Below are positions 26,587 to 41,110 of a stretch of 64,000 bases of DNA, one piece after another. Made by a program: the position numbers and the translations under genes. A model generated the notes under the pieces. The model ran no database searches. It was not told the origin of the DNA and was given only the letters and a program-made list of their open reading frames with translations. Origin of the DNA: Mobula hypostoma. Taxonomy: Eukaryota. How positions within the stretch are numbered: the first letter of the stretch is position 1; the number at the start of each line of letters is the position of its first letter. The stretch spans positions 69,504,001 to 69,568,000 of the forward strand of contig NC_086097.1 of the NCBI RefSeq assembly GCF_963921235.1, given 5' to 3'.

Positions 26587-27354
26587 CTTCATTTATCTTT
26601 AAATTAAAACTTCAATAAGAAGCTGCATTGTTTTCTTGTATGATTCTTACATTGATGTCATTAAGTGATAAATGATTCTTGTTTGATTACTTATCACTGA
26701 TTTAAAGCTATTTAGGTGAGAGAAAAAGGAAAGTTATTTATGCATGTACTTTACTTAATCATTTAATTTTATTGTGTTTGGAGAGTACAAAACTGGTCAA
26801 TGTACAAATCTCCTATTAATGGTGTGCTTCAGACATAAGTAGTTGGCCCTCTTTTCCACATTCCCTCAGATTGCTTCTGCTTTCTGAAAGTAGTGAGTCA
26901 AGTACGGACTAGTAACTTGTTTTTCCCATTGTGATTGTAGATCTTGTAGCAGACAGAGAAAGAAGAATGGACAACTCAATCCTTTTGTCTGGAGTCTGAC
27001 ATTTCAAGCTGGATTGTTTTCTTTTCCCCACTTTGTTCCCCAGATTGCGCATATAAATGTTGCTTATGAAAACAATAAAGTGAAATACTGAAATTTCTAG
27101 AAGCATGAAATAAGATTTAAAAAAAAAATAGAAAACAATCGATCAAGAAAAAGAAAAGTTTAACACTGAAAGTTGATGACTTCTCATCAGAATTCCTGAA
27201 ATTCTGATCGGGTCATCTACCCATGTGTTAACTTGCTATATCTCTCCTCTGATGCTACCTGATCTCCAGCAGCTTCTGTTTTTGCTATGGAAGCTCTAAT
27301 TGATCCTTATTCTTGACCTAGCTTGGCACTGACCATAGAACTGAGGTGTTATAA

Positions 27355-27885
<531 letters not shown>

Positions 27886-28209
27886 TAACACCTCCAACAA
27901 ATGAAAACAAATTCTGGAAATCAGCACTTGTGTCGAAAGGAACAGTTAAAATATCAGGTTGCACACCTTTCATCAGATATGAAAGAAGTTAGAAATTCAT
28001 AATGAAGCTGATAACTGATGTAATGGGCAGGGAGGAGAGGAGAGAACAGCAGCATGGTCTTTGGTTGTGTGGAAGATCTGTGTGATAGAATGGTCTAAGG
28101 ATAAATACGCTTGGTTAAATAGGTAGTCGTTATATAGCTCCATCCTCGTGGTCCCCCAATCATTTATAGCCTATTTCTACTCCCTCTCTACAGTCCAAAA
28201 GAGGATGCT

Positions 28210-29350
28210 CTTGTTTTGGGTACATGAGTAAAGATATTTTGCAGCATATTCTGGGCCTTGATAAAATTGTACCTGGAACTTTGTGTATAGACCTGGATTC
28301 CCTCTCGAACTGGCAATATAATTGTGATTGAAGGAGTGCAACAGATGTTCACAGGATTGATTTCTGGGATGGGATGGATTGCAAATGAGGAGAGATTAAT
28401 TGGACTGGACTTGCACTGAAGGTAAAATCATTAATAGAAGCAGAATTAGGCAATTTGTCCTCTTGTATCTGGTTTGTCATTAAACAAGATTGGGACTAAT
28501 GTTTCATTTTGATAGTACTTTCCTGGATTAACACCATATCCCTGATTCTCTTAATATCTAGAATTCTATCAATCCCTTTCCTGAATGTACCCAACAAATG
28601 TACCTCCACAGCCACCTTGCTAAACACTTTGGGCTAAGATGATTGTTGTTAGTTCTGTCCTGAATAGCCTAACACTGAATTTGTGATGATCACTCCAGTT
28701 CCATACACTCAAAGGGAAATTTCACCTGACGATTCCTGTAAGAATTTCGTATGTTTCAACAAGATCACCTTATTGAAAACTTAGGCCTAATTTGCTTATC
28801 CATTTCACAATGACATATCTGCCACATAGGAATCAATCTGGATAACTTTTTCTACGCTCACTGAATCCCAAGTACATCCTTCCTTGTGTACCGGCCTGGT
28901 GCCTCTTCTTGTATTCCAGATGTCGTCTTACCATGTTTCTATATAATAGAAGCAAAATGCCTCTATTCTTATCCTTATTATCATCTTGCAGTGAAGATCA
29001 ATATGCCTTTCTCATGACTGGCTGTGTCTTCATGTTTGTATTTCACTGACACAGGCAAACCAGACACTTTGCACATCAGTACCCTTCAATTTATCACTGT
29101 TTAAAAATGCTTTTTATTTAATAATTTTACAGTTTTTTACATTATCTTTCATCTGCCATGCCTTTGCCATTCATTTTACATATCTTTTTTTCTTCCTGAA
29201 GAACCTCAGTATCCCTCTCACAGACCACATTGACATCCAATTTTGTATCATTTGAAGATAAGAATGTGCTAAGCTTAATACACTCATCTAAATATTTGAA
29301 ATACATACTGAACAGCTGGGAGTCAGCACTCATTCCTGTGGCAGCTCACA
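28210..29350. mobile_element. Very degenerate CR1-like fragments (plus ~28210-28420, minus ~28430-29350)
   Basis: residual similarity to the CR1 3' regions at 5795-6800; boundaries approximate. Confidence 0.45.
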
Positions 29351-29624
29351 AGTCACAGCCTCCCAACCCAAAAATGACTAGTTCATTCTACTGTTTGCTG
29401 GAGTATACCCCCCAAACGCAGCTGCTTTATTTTTTTGAAATAATACCGTGTTTGCTCATGATTGAATGACATCTGACTTGCTTGAATTTTGAAGGAGGAC
29501 CTGGTGAAGTCAACACATCCACATTGGGGACTTGAAGAATAGAAGCAAGGATCATAAATTGAAAATAAGGAGTTGGCCATTCATGGCTGAGATAAGCCAT
29601 TCTTTAGCACTCTCTACCAAGAGG

Positions 29625-30120
29625 GTCAAGTCAAGTCACTTTTTACTGTCATTTCGAGCATAAACAGCTGGTACAGTACACAGTAAAAACAAAACAATGT
29701 TCCTCCAGGACCATGGTGCCTCATGAAACAACACAAAACTACACTAGACTGCAGACCTACACAGGACTACATGAAGTGCACAACACAGTGCAGGGCAGTA
29801 CAATAAATAATAAACAAGATAATAGGCACAGTAGAGGACAAATTACAATATAATAATAAATGATGTAGATGTCAGTCTAGTCTCTGGGTATTAAGGAGTC
29901 TGATGGCTTGGGGGAAGAAACTGTTGCACAGTCTGGTCGTGAGAGCCCAAATGCTTCGGTACCTTTTTCCAGATGGCAGGAGGGAGAAGAGTTTGTATGA
30001 GGGGTGCATGGGGTCCTTCACAATGCTGTGGCTTTACGGGTGCAGCGTGTGGTGTAACTGTCTGTAATGGTAGGAAGAGAGACACTGATGATCTTAGCTG
30101 ACCTCACTACCAAATGCAGG
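29625..30120 (-). mobile_element. Rex1/Babar-type LINE 3' fragment
   Basis: (gtcaa)n tail at 29625; ORF-end motif ...FFPQAIRLLN on the minus strand. Confidence 0.7.
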
Positions 30121-30390
30121 GTCTATGGAAGCTTCTTTGCTTAGTGTATTCAAAATGAATACATTAGACTTTTAGAATCAAGTACTGTGGGCTTAGTATT
30201 GGAGAAAATGGTCTTGAGGCAAAATTTCTGCCATCATCTCATAGGAGACTGTTGTTTTCAGTACGTTCCAGTTCCTTCCATCTCCATAATTATTCACTTC
30301 ACATTAACTTCCAATACAGATGCATGAAAAGTGAAGCTTGTTATCAGATAACATGAATTTCAACAGAGTTGAAAGGTGTTGCAGTATGTA

Positions 30391-31942
30391 TAGGTGTCCC
30401 CCGCTTTTCGAACGTTCGCTTTACAAAACCTCACTGTTACGGAAGACCTACATTAGTACCCTATTTTCGCTTTCAGAAGGTGTTTTCACTGTTACGAAAA
30501 AAAATGCAGCGCGTGATAAAAGGCAGCGCGCCCCGAGCAGCCGCTCTCCCCCGGATTGGGAACTGCTTTGCTTTAAAACGTGCCTGTGAGCAGCTGTTTG
30601 CAAGATGAGTTCTATGGTATCGGAAAAGTCTGAAAGACCTCGTAGGGGTGTTACACTTACGGTAAAACTAGACATAATTAAGCGTTTTGATCGTGGTGAA
30701 CCAAGTAAGGACAACATGAGTTTGGCTTGTGGAAGCTGACGAACATGATGTTGAAGAGGTTTTGGCATCCCATGACCAAGAACTGACAGATGAAGAGCTG
30801 ATGCAATTGGAAGAAAAAAGGATAACAATTGAAACCAAATGAGTAATGATAAAGTACGACTTTAATTTTGAAAGGGTACATCGGTTTAGGCGATACTTGC
30901 AGGATGGTTTGAGTCCTTATTAAAGAACTGTGTGATAGAAAAGTGCGCGAGGCTTAGCAGTCAAGCAAGCCTTCCACATCAGCCACAGCAGATGACGAAC
31001 CTCGACCTTTGACATCGAGGCGGGCAGAGATAGAAGAAGATGAGCTGCCTGCTCTAATGGAAACAGGCGATGAGATGACACCCTAGTGTCCCACCACCCC
31101 AACCCCCAGGCCACGGACAGATACCGATTCGCGGAGAATGCAAAGGTAGCCAGGAGGCACACAGCACATCTTTAAGAAAAAAGCTGAAATAAACATGCTA
31201 ATTAATTAGGTGCCGCCGACACATAATTGTCGGCCCAGATCAGAGGCGACGCCATCGGAAATCGGCACTGATCTGGGCCCATAATTACGGGCGGCACCTA
31301 ATTAATTAGCATGTTTGTTTCAGCTTTTTTCTTAAAGTTGTACTGTGTACCTCCCGGCTACCTCTGGACCCCTGCGTTCTTCGCGGCAATGTATCGGTCG
31401 ACAGCCTGGAGGGTGGGGGCCACTGCACCACCCCAACCTCCGACTCAGCCTGACACACCATCATCAGTGTGCTCCGCGCTTTCCCAATTCCGGTAAGTGA
31501 TACTACACTGTACATACATTATTTCTACTTTATATTGGCTGTGTATTTTTACGTGTTATTTGGTAGATTTGGCAGCTTCATAGTTTAAAGGTTACTGGAG
31601 AGCGCGTGTATGCCAACAGCGCTTGCGTGAGATTTTCTGCCGAGAGCGCTTGCGTGAGATTTTCGTTACGGAGATCTGTGCAGGCAATCGTTGTAGAGAA
31701 GTATTTCTACTTTATATAGGCTGTGTATTTATCATATCATTGCTGCTTTTACTATATGTTACTGTTATTTTAGGTTTTATGTGTTATTTGGCATGATTTG
31801 GTAGGTTATTTTTAGGTCTGCAAACGCTCACAAAATTTTCCCATATAAATAAATGGTAATTGCTTCTTTGCTTTACGACATTTCGGCTTACGAACCGTTT
31901 CATAGGAATGCTCTACCTTCGGATGGGGGGGGGGGGAACCTG
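30391..31942 (+). mobile_element. Non-autonomous Tigger/pogo-type DNA transposon with TA target site and internal palindrome
   Basis: TA|taggtgtccccc ... gggggaacctg|TA; remnants RRGVTLTVKLDIIKRFDRGE (N-terminal HTH, ~30640-30700) joined to EHDVEEVLASHDQELTDEELMQLE (C-terminal, ~30740-30810); catalytic domain deleted. Confidence 0.85.
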
Positions 31943-32714
31943 TATCTCCATTTGCCAGTATCCAAAACCCAGTCAGAAAATTTCTGAGAAATGAAGGCCA
32001 GATTCATAACTGACTAACCAGGCAGAAATACTGAAACAAATAATTATATGGGAACAAAAGCTAAGATTCTCTTTCTGTTTTCATTTTCTCTGAATTATAC
32101 AGTGTCTTGTACTAATATATAAAACTTCAGTCAGACAGGACTAGTATTGTGTACTATCAAGATTATGTGCAGTTCTGGTCACCCATTAGAAGAAGAAATT
32201 GGAAATGGTGCAGAAGAAATTAAAACATGAATCATTCTAGAGTTTAAGAGAAGTAATTTCAGCTCCTGAGTTTTTGGAATCATGGAAGCCCATGGTGTTT
32301 CTGATCTTGATCTTGTGTTTGTTGTTTGAACTGATTCTAAGCCACGTCAAACAATGCTAGAAAAACCTTCATTGTAATATTTTGTTTCACTATAGTTGGA
32401 AAATTTTTTTTCAGGGAATCCCATATTTGTAATATTTCATTGCATGGATAAAATTATTGGCAGTGCAAAACTAATATTCTATGGCTTAGCTGCTCAATCC
32501 CACAATGTTTATTATCTAAGAAATTAGAGGAACTTTTATATATGCTTGCTACATTGCAACTGCATTATGTAACGTCTTTGTAGTTAATCACTTTATTACG
32601 GAACTGCAGTGTAATGGATAGTGCAACTGGTAGGGGACACTATTGTCCAAAGATAGTGGTTCCAAAAAAAGTCTGATTTTTTTAAAAATTGTTTTTATTT
32701 CTGATTAATGTGGG

Positions 32715-33752
32715 TAGAAGATTGACTGGCAGACAGAAGGCAAAATGTGGGAGTAAAGTGGGCCTTTTCTGGATGGATAATAGTGACTTGTGGTGGTCTG
32801 CAGGGGTCAGTGGTGGGTCCACTACTTTTCATGTCATATGTTAATGATCAGGATGATGGATGTGGCCAGGTTTGTGGATGCTACAAAGGTATGTGGAGAA
32901 GCAGGTAGACTTGAGGAAGCAGGGAGCCTGCAGAAAGGAATGGCAGATGGAATACAGCGTAGGGAAGTGTGTAGTCATGCACTTTGGTAGAAGGAATAAA
33001 GGGATAGACGATTTTCTAAACCATGAGTGAATTCAGAAATCGGAGCTGCCAAGGGATTTGTGAGTCCTATTGTAGAATTCCTTAAAGATTAACTTGCAGA
33101 TTGAGTCAGTAGTAAAGAAAGCAAATGCAATATTAGCATTCATTTTGAGAGGATTAGACTGTAAAAGCAAGGATGTAATGTAAGGTTTTGTTCACAGGAC
33201 ATTTGAAGTGTTGTGAGTAGTTTCGATCCTCATCTCTGTGGAAGGATGTGCTGGAATTGGAGAGGGCCCAGAGGAGAAGAACCACCTCGGGAATGAAAGG
33301 GTTAGCAAATGAGACGGACTTGATGGGTCTGAGATTCTACTTGTTGGATTTTAGAAGAATTGTGCTGTGATGGGGATGGGGAGGGAGTCTCATAGAAACC
33401 TACTGAATATTGAACAGCCTGGATAGAGTGGACATGGAGACAATGTTTGTGATCTTGGGAAGGTGCAAGACCTGAGGGCACAGCCTTAGAATAGAAGGAG
33501 GTCCCTTCAGAACAGAGATGAGGAATTTCTTTAGATAGAGCATGGCAAATCCGTTGAAATGATTTCCACAGACGGCTGTGGAAGCCAAGTCATTGAGTAT
33601 GTTAAAAGCGGAGACTGGTAGGTTCTTGATTAGTAAGGGCATCAAAGGTTACAGGGAAAATGCAGGAGAATGAGATTTGGAGGTCACTATCAAATGGAGG
33701 AGCAGACTTGATGGGTTGAATGGCCTAACTCTGCCCATACGTTTTATGGTCT
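32715..33752 (+). mobile_element. Decayed CR1 3' fragment
   Basis: RT C-terminal similarity to the 49900-50960 copy; ends gttttatggtct. Confidence 0.75.
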
Positions 33753-34184
33753 AATTTTTATTGATTAGATGCCCATATAATGGTTGCACCAAAGTAGCTT
33801 AACATGAGGTAATTGATGTTAGTGAGAAAATTATTTTGAATTTTATCAAACCCAAAGTCTTTTCTGTATCCAGTACTCTTAGTCACTTAATAATGTGAAG
33901 TAGACTGATGTAAGTTGGCTGTATACTGACATTTCTCTCGTGATGCTGCATGTAAATTTTAAAATAGTGTTAACTATACACTAACTTTGTCTATTCTGTC
34001 CATTAAGGGTTATAATGGACATGATAATTAGTATGTAATCATTGTTTGTCCTTGGAGCCAGACCTAAATGAAGAGAAAAGGAAACATTACTAAGGAAGTA
34101 TTGTTAACAAAAGTGCAAAGTAGCATCATCATTTTGCTTATTAGTTTATTTATGCTAACTTTTCAGTTCCTTAGAAATATTTGA

Positions 34185-34454
<270 letters not shown>

Positions 34455-35440
34455 TAATTGAGACTGTACTCAAGGTTAAGAATATCCAAAGGCAATTCAC
34501 TGGTACGTTAACAAAATACCAATCAAAAACTTGGTTAACGAAGTAGGAGCTGAAGAGCATAGTGGGTCGAGGCATTCTTGGAAGGAATTCCAGAGGTTAG
34601 GATAGAGAGAAGTAAGGCATGCCCAGTACTGGAAAAGCAATGTAATCAAAGGTGCTCAGAGAAAGATTTTGAAGCTACTGGAGTGAGGGAGGGGACCAGT
34701 TTTTGTAAACAAGTGTGAGAATTTAAAAAAACGGATCCCTTGGTTATCCAAGGTTAAAAATGTTAAAAATTAAGTTGCTTAATTTAATATAAAGTTCAGA
34801 GGGCTGCAATATGCCTAGACAAATTAGGTTAGTCGGTTAGTGAGCACAGCATTTAAGTCTCACTAAGACTTAGAATATGGCAATAGAATATGAGATGACT
34901 TCCAGCTTAATAATTGAAAGAAGAGAGGCTGGTTTGGAGTATTTAAGAAAATGGCTGTTTAATCAAATAGTAGAAGTCACAGAGTTAGGACAAATCTGGT
35001 TACAGGCTAGAGATCTGGTTGATCTTATGATCAACTCTGCTCGAGTAAGAACTTAAGAAAATTGAAGTGGGAGGTAGCCCTCTAGACTGTCCCATCGTTT
35101 AACAAGATCATAGGTGATCTACCCCTGGCCTCAAGATTGCTGTTTCTCTGATGGGGAAGTAAGAGTGCACCAGAAGAGCTCTGTTCTTGCTCTGCCCAAG
35201 TGAGAACAGAGGTTAAGAAACAGGTGAGTTGTGGTCAAGAAATCTGTCAACTGTAGTTAAAGGGGAGCCTTGTTTCATGGAGATATTTCAGAGGTACTTG
35301 TACAGAATATCTCCTCACTTGTATCAATTTCAATGGAAATGAGAAAATAGACTAGAGTTGAAGAGCCAAAGAGTTAGAAGTGCAGTCAAGCCTACCACTG
35401 AGATGGAAAGATCCAGCAAGGATGCTTCTTTGACTCTTCC

Positions 35441-35828
35441 CATTATGCAGACATCCCACCTCTCCCGGAAGTTCTGGGAGTCTCCTGCATATTAATAGTG
35501 GCCCCCTGATACCCGCAAATTATATACAATATCTCGGAAATCCATTTTTTGAGAGAGAGAAAGAGAGAGAGAGCAAGAGAGAGTGTGAGTGAGAGAGAGA
35601 GAGAGAGAGAGCCCTGCCTAATAGGGGTCAAAAATAATGACAGTGTTGCTCGCTGCACTGTTTGCAACAGTGACTTTTCTATTGTCCATGGTGGGTTAAG
35701 ACTGTAAAAGACATGTTAAGGTGAGTTTAACAGGTGTCATTTGTTCATTAGCATAGCTAAGGTTATTTAAACTAGCTGGCTAGCTGCTAAGGAGCTACTC
35801 TATTGCTGAGTGGGACGTCTGCAGTATG
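35441..35828. mobile_element. MITE-like element with 19-bp imperfect TIRs and internal (GA)n
   Basis: cattatgcagacatcccac vs reverse complement of the right end catactgcagacgtcccac (16/19); (GA)n at 35550-35610. Confidence 0.6.
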
Positions 35829-35849
35829 ACACACAAGAAAAGGGAAGAA

Positions 35850-36710
35850 TTTAGGGCATATCTCAGCATTTTGCAGGGACAATTCCCTTCTTGGCTCCCT
35901 GGACCATTGTTCTTTTCTCACCAACTACACCTCTTCTTACAGCCCTTTCCTTGCACCCCAAGGTAATGCAGCACTTGTCCTTTCAATGTTTTGTTTTCTA
36001 CTGTCCAGAGGGCTAAACAATCTTTTCAGGAGAAACAATGATTCACTTGTGCTACTTCCAGTCTGGCATATCGCATTTGTGGCTCGTAATGTAGTGTCCT
36101 GTATTTTGGGGAAATAAAATGCAGGTCAGGTGACTGATTTGCATTCTGTCCGCATGGGCGACCGCAGGCTCTCCATTGCTTGCCACTTTACTACTTTCCT
36201 GCATTGTTATAACGAGGTCTAATGCAAGCTTGAGTAGCACCGAATCTGTCCAGGCATATTACAGCCTTCTGAACTTTATATTGAATTGAGCAACTTAAGT
36301 AATTTTTTTAATATTGGCTCAACAAGTTTGTACTTTTTTGTTTTTTTTTCTCCCTTGTCCTTCTCTGGGAGTAGAGAAATGTCCAGTCTTAGCATGTTTT
36401 CTTGTTCCTCATTTCACAGCTTCTATGTCCTTGCATCTGTATTCTCATCCTCTAACTGTTTCCATTCACTCATTGAGCGGACAACTTTGTTTCCAGCTTA
36501 TCCCCATAGTCAGTCTTGTTTTACCCTTTTCTCCTTCCCCCACTCAGCCTGCAACATAATGAGCTGCTTTTGTCTCCTTCTCAGTTCTCATTAAGTGTCT
36601 CCAACCTAAAACGCTAACTCTGTTTCTCTTCCCACAGATCAGGTTTGAAATTAATATTTCCATCATTTTCTGTTTGGTAGATTTCCAGCATGTATAATTC
36701 TATTGATTTT
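35850..36710 (+). mobile_element. Old Penelope-like relic (degenerate GIY-YIG region plus 3' end)
   Basis: gggctaaacaatcttttcagg...ttcacttgtg parallels GPKQSFQVRQHFTC of the 55126 ORF; degenerate terminal motif near 36580-36680. Confidence 0.55.
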
Positions 36711-37253
36711 CAGAGACCATCTTAGTTTGCTGAAAATATATGAAGATAGGAAAGCATAAGATCAAAAAGGAATTAAAAAATATATATCAAGAACTTGAAG
36801 ATTAAGATTATCAGAATAATGTAAAATGAGGGTTTGGGGATAAAGTCAGCAAAATTGATTGTTATCTTTGTGTTGAAGAAAAGGAAAATGGCCTGGAGAG
36901 CACTGTGATCCATTTGTCTGTATTGATTGAAGCATAGTGTGGGTTTTATGCACAGATGGTAGTTTTTGAACTATGTTTAGACAATATACTTCAACGTACA
37001 ATATTTATTTCCATTCACAATGTGAGGCAGGATATGTTTGCTGAACTTGATACTTTTCTCGTGAGCATGAATAATCTATATAGTATATGCATCAGTGAAA
37101 GGTCTTAGTTGTTGCAATGATTGAAAGTTCCTTTCCATATCTTTACACACTATTACCTGCTCCATGCCTCCTTAACATCAATTTACACAAACTAAAAGGA
37201 TTTAACCAGCTTGGTTTCTTATTTAAGTTTTGTGTGTGTTCTTGTTTTTGTAG

Positions 37254-37405
37254 AGCTGAATCACTCAGATCTGGATGAAGTGAGCATGCTAACTGCCATC
37301 AGTATTTTCTTGATGTCAGCAAATCAAGAAGTCACGTGTGTAGAGTGTCTTGAAAAAAAATGTTTTAACCGGTTTAAGATAATTCTTGGTTCTAAAAATC
37401 CCGTG
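37254..37405 (+). CDS. HEATR5A: HEATR5A exon 13 (ELNHSDLDEVSMLTAISIFLMSA...SKNPV)
   Basis: ttgtag / gtaagc; 152 nt, phase 1-0. Confidence 0.88.
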
Positions 37406-39091
37406 GTAAGCATTGCAGCAAATTTACTTCAATTCACTAGAGATGAGAGGGTATGGCTCTGAGCTAATATCGCATCAAATCTATCTAATCCTGGATTTTG
37501 CTAAGCCTTGTCAGCATTCTGGCTTGATACTGATGAAATTTCTGATCACAAGTATCTGTAGATTTTATGAATCATTTAAAATATGCAAGTCACAAGCTGG
37601 GTGGATAAGTACCATCAGCTGCTTACTGATTACACTCTTGCTACTGAACTCCCCTTGGCAAATTGGCAAGTCAGCTTTTCAGAGCATTGAAGTGCATTGA
37701 CACTTGGTAAGGCTGGACCTAGAGCTTAGGAGTTTGCAAGACTGCTACGTTACTTCTTTTGGTCCAGCATTTGTCTGGGATGTTTGGAATACTTCAGAAT
37801 AATGCAAAATGATGATTTGTGGATACAGAGCTTGTTACCACATTTGCGTGCTGAAAAATACCAACATCTCCTCAGATCTGCTGGCTATGCCCCTCAAGTC
37901 CAGGCTTACTCTGTGCTAGTTCTACGTGCCCATTCAATTGATTGGCATTGTAGAGCTGCATGAAAAGGTGATGTAACATTTTTATAATTATTTTTCTTCT
38001 GCAGAATTTTTTGTCCTATCTGATTTTTGCGATTTTCTTAATTAAAACTTTATTTTGTTACTATTTCATTTCAATATTTTAAATTTTTAATGTTAATGTG
38101 AACATCTGGATTTTAGACAGGGTTCTGTGAACAGGGCTTATTTTGATCTGCCCACGTTTCTCTATTATGTCATTCATGGTCTTGCTGCTTGGCTCTGGAA
38201 TTGTTTGAGCCTGAGAGATCAGTCTTTCACCTTCAGCTGGGTTACTTAAGGGATAATATAGAGCAACTTACAGGCCTGTGTGAGTAAAACCTGAATTAAA
38301 CCTGTTTTGGACTTCTCATGTTTTCTGTCAAATATAATTATTATTTGTCAAATTGAATTAATCAAACTCATGTAATGGTTAATTTGTCTATGCATTACAA
38401 GATTTATTAATGCATATAGAAAAAGAAGAATAAAGGTTCATTTCTGCTCAGGACTGAGTTAACTGTGTTGAGCCAAACATAAAGTAAGTCAAACACAGAA
38501 AATCAAGAAACTGCGTATGCTAGAAATGTGCAAAGGAAAACATACAGATACTGTTGTGGATCAAGGGATCCTCAGGATTGGGAAGCGGAAAAAAACAAGT
38601 GGTTGCAAGTTGTAGAGAGGGTAGGGAGGGTTGAATATGATCAAAGGAATATCTGGTAGGAAGACAGAAGCCAAAACCAGAGAGCGCGAATTGAGGGAGC
38701 ACCTGTTTAGATGTTTATGACCTTCATGTATTTCAAATTTCTAACCTTTGCAGTTATTTGCTTTTTTCGACCTTTACTTAATTGATGTTTACAAGTTCAA
38801 ATAGCAGGGGTCAGTAGGTAGCTTTTAGAAGGCGGGAATCTGATTTTTGTTTCAGATCACTGTCACAGTGATTTTCATTATCAGCTTTTTGAAAAACGTA
38901 ACCCATGATACAGAAATGTCATAAATTGATTAAGGACGCTCAGAGATATTCTTCTATTACTGGTTAACTCTTAATGATTGTACCTGTTAGCAATATTTTA
39001 AGTTCCATTTTTAAAATTTGAACATCTGAATAAACTTTCCATTATCGTATTCTTGCTTCCTTTCTAAGAAAGTATTCTATTTTTTATTCAG

Positions 39092-39305
39092 ATACGGACA
39101 CATGGCTACAGATTGCTGCAGTCAGTATTTCAGCATCCTAATAAAGCTGTGTCTACACCTTACATCCACTCTCTGACCATTTTGGTTGTGGATGCGTTAC
39201 GCAAGGTGGAAAAAGAGAAGCCAAGCACATGTGCTGAGTTGCAGGCCGTGCTAGAAGGGGTAAAGACTCTGGAGGCTTTGGTCAATTTAGCTGATGAACA
39301 AAACC
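39092..39305 (+). CDS. HEATR5A: HEATR5A exon 14 (IRTHGYRLLQSVFQHPNKAVSTPYIHSL...LADEQN)
   Basis: attcag / gtgagt; 214 nt, phase 0-1. Confidence 0.9.
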
Positions 39306-39744
39306 GTGAGTTTCCAATGTATTTATCTTTGGATTTTGATAAACACATGAGGATCTTTGCTTTTTTATGAGAAACCTGAAACTTGCTTTTATGATGAAGT
39401 GATTTCTGTGGATCCTGCAAGAGGACCACAGTCCTGTTGTAGGGCTTGGAGGCGGGTGTACCTCAATGACCCCTAGAGCTATGCTAGCTAGAGTCAAGGC
39501 CAAGGGTCACCCATGCTGAACAGGTCAAAGGGCAGAGAACAAACTAAGAGTGGTCCACCAGTCCTCCAGGTTCAGGGGTTTAGCTCAGTGCTAGTAACAC
39601 TGACTGGTCAAAAAAGTTGTTACAGAAACAATTTCTGTGGCTAATTATTATTCTTCTGAAATGGAGAATGTTTGAGTCCTCTGTTATACTTTCTTAACCT
39701 GTCTTTGAGGAAACCGAGAATGCCATCTTGACATTACATTTGAG

Positions 39745-41110
39745 TCTTACTTCGTTGGTGGGCAAGCTGTTGGAGAAGATCCTGAGAGGCAGGATTTATG
39801 AGCATTTGGAGAGACATAATCTGATTAGGGATAGTTAGCATGGCTTTGTCAAGGGCAGGTCGTGCTTTATGAGCCTGATTGAATTATTTGAGGCTGTAAC
39901 AAGACACATTGATGAAGGCAGAGCAGTGGATGTAGTATATATGGATTTCACTAAGGCATTTGATAAGGTTCCCCATGTGAGGCTCATTCAGAAAGTAATG
40001 AGGCATGGGATCCAAGGAGACCTTGCTTTGTGGATCCAGAATTGGCTTGCCCACAGAAGGCAAAGGGTGGTTATAGATGATTCGTCTTTGCATGGAGGTT
40101 GGTGACCAGTGGTGTTTCGCAGGGATCTGTTCTGGAAACCTTCCTCTTTGTGATTTTTATAAATGACCTCGATGAAGAAGTAGAAGGGTGGGTTAGTAAA
40201 TTTGCTGATGACACAAAAGGTGGGGGTGTTGTGGATAGTCTGGAGGGTTGTCAGAGGTTACAGCGGGATATGGATAGGATGCAGAACTGGGCTGAGAAGT
40301 AGTAGATGGAGTTCAACCCAGATAAGTGTGAAGTGGTTCATTTCAGTAGGTCAAATTTGAAGACAGAATATAATATTAATGGTAAGGGTCTTGGCAGTGT
40401 GGAGGATCAGCAAGATCTTGGGGTCCATGTCCATAGGACATACAAAGCCACTGCGTAGGTTGACAGTGTTATTAAGAAAGCATATGGTGTGTTGGCCTTC
40501 ATCAATCGTGGGATTGAATTCAAGAGCCGTGAGGTAATGTTACAGCTATCTAAGACCTTAGTTAGACCCCACTTAGAGTACTGTGCTCAGTTCTGGTCAC
40601 CTCATTACAGGAAGGATGTGGATGCTATAGAGAGAGTACAGAGGAGATTTACAAGGATGTTGCCTGGATTGGAGAGTGTGCCATATGAGAATAGGTTGAC
40701 TGAACTTGGTCTTTTCTACTTGAAGCGACAGAGGATGAGAGGTGACCTGACGGAGGTGTATAAGATGATGAGAGGCATCATTGATCGTGTGGATAGCCAG
40801 AGGCTTCTTCCCAGGACTGAAATGGCTAACACGAGGGGGGCATAGTTTTAAGGTGCTTGGAAGTAGGTACAAGAGGTATGTCAGAGGTAAGTTTTTCTCA
40901 CAGAGAGTGGCGGGTGTGTGGAATGCACTGCCAGCGAAGGTGGTAGAGGCAGATACACTAGGGTCTTTTAAGAGACTCTTAGATAGGTACATGGAGCTTA
41001 GAAAAATAGAGGGCTATGTGGTAGGGAAATTCTAGGCAGTTTCTGGAGTAGGTTGGCACAGCATTGTGGGTGGAAGGGCCTGTAATGTGCTGTAGATTTC
41101 TATGTTTCTC
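39745..41110 (+). mobile_element. 5'-truncated CR1 LINE (RT)
   Basis: ORFs 39869 (YMDFTKAFDKVPH), 40099 ([13 protein letters not shown]), 40489 (VRPHLEYCAQFWSP); CR1-type tail. Confidence 0.9.
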
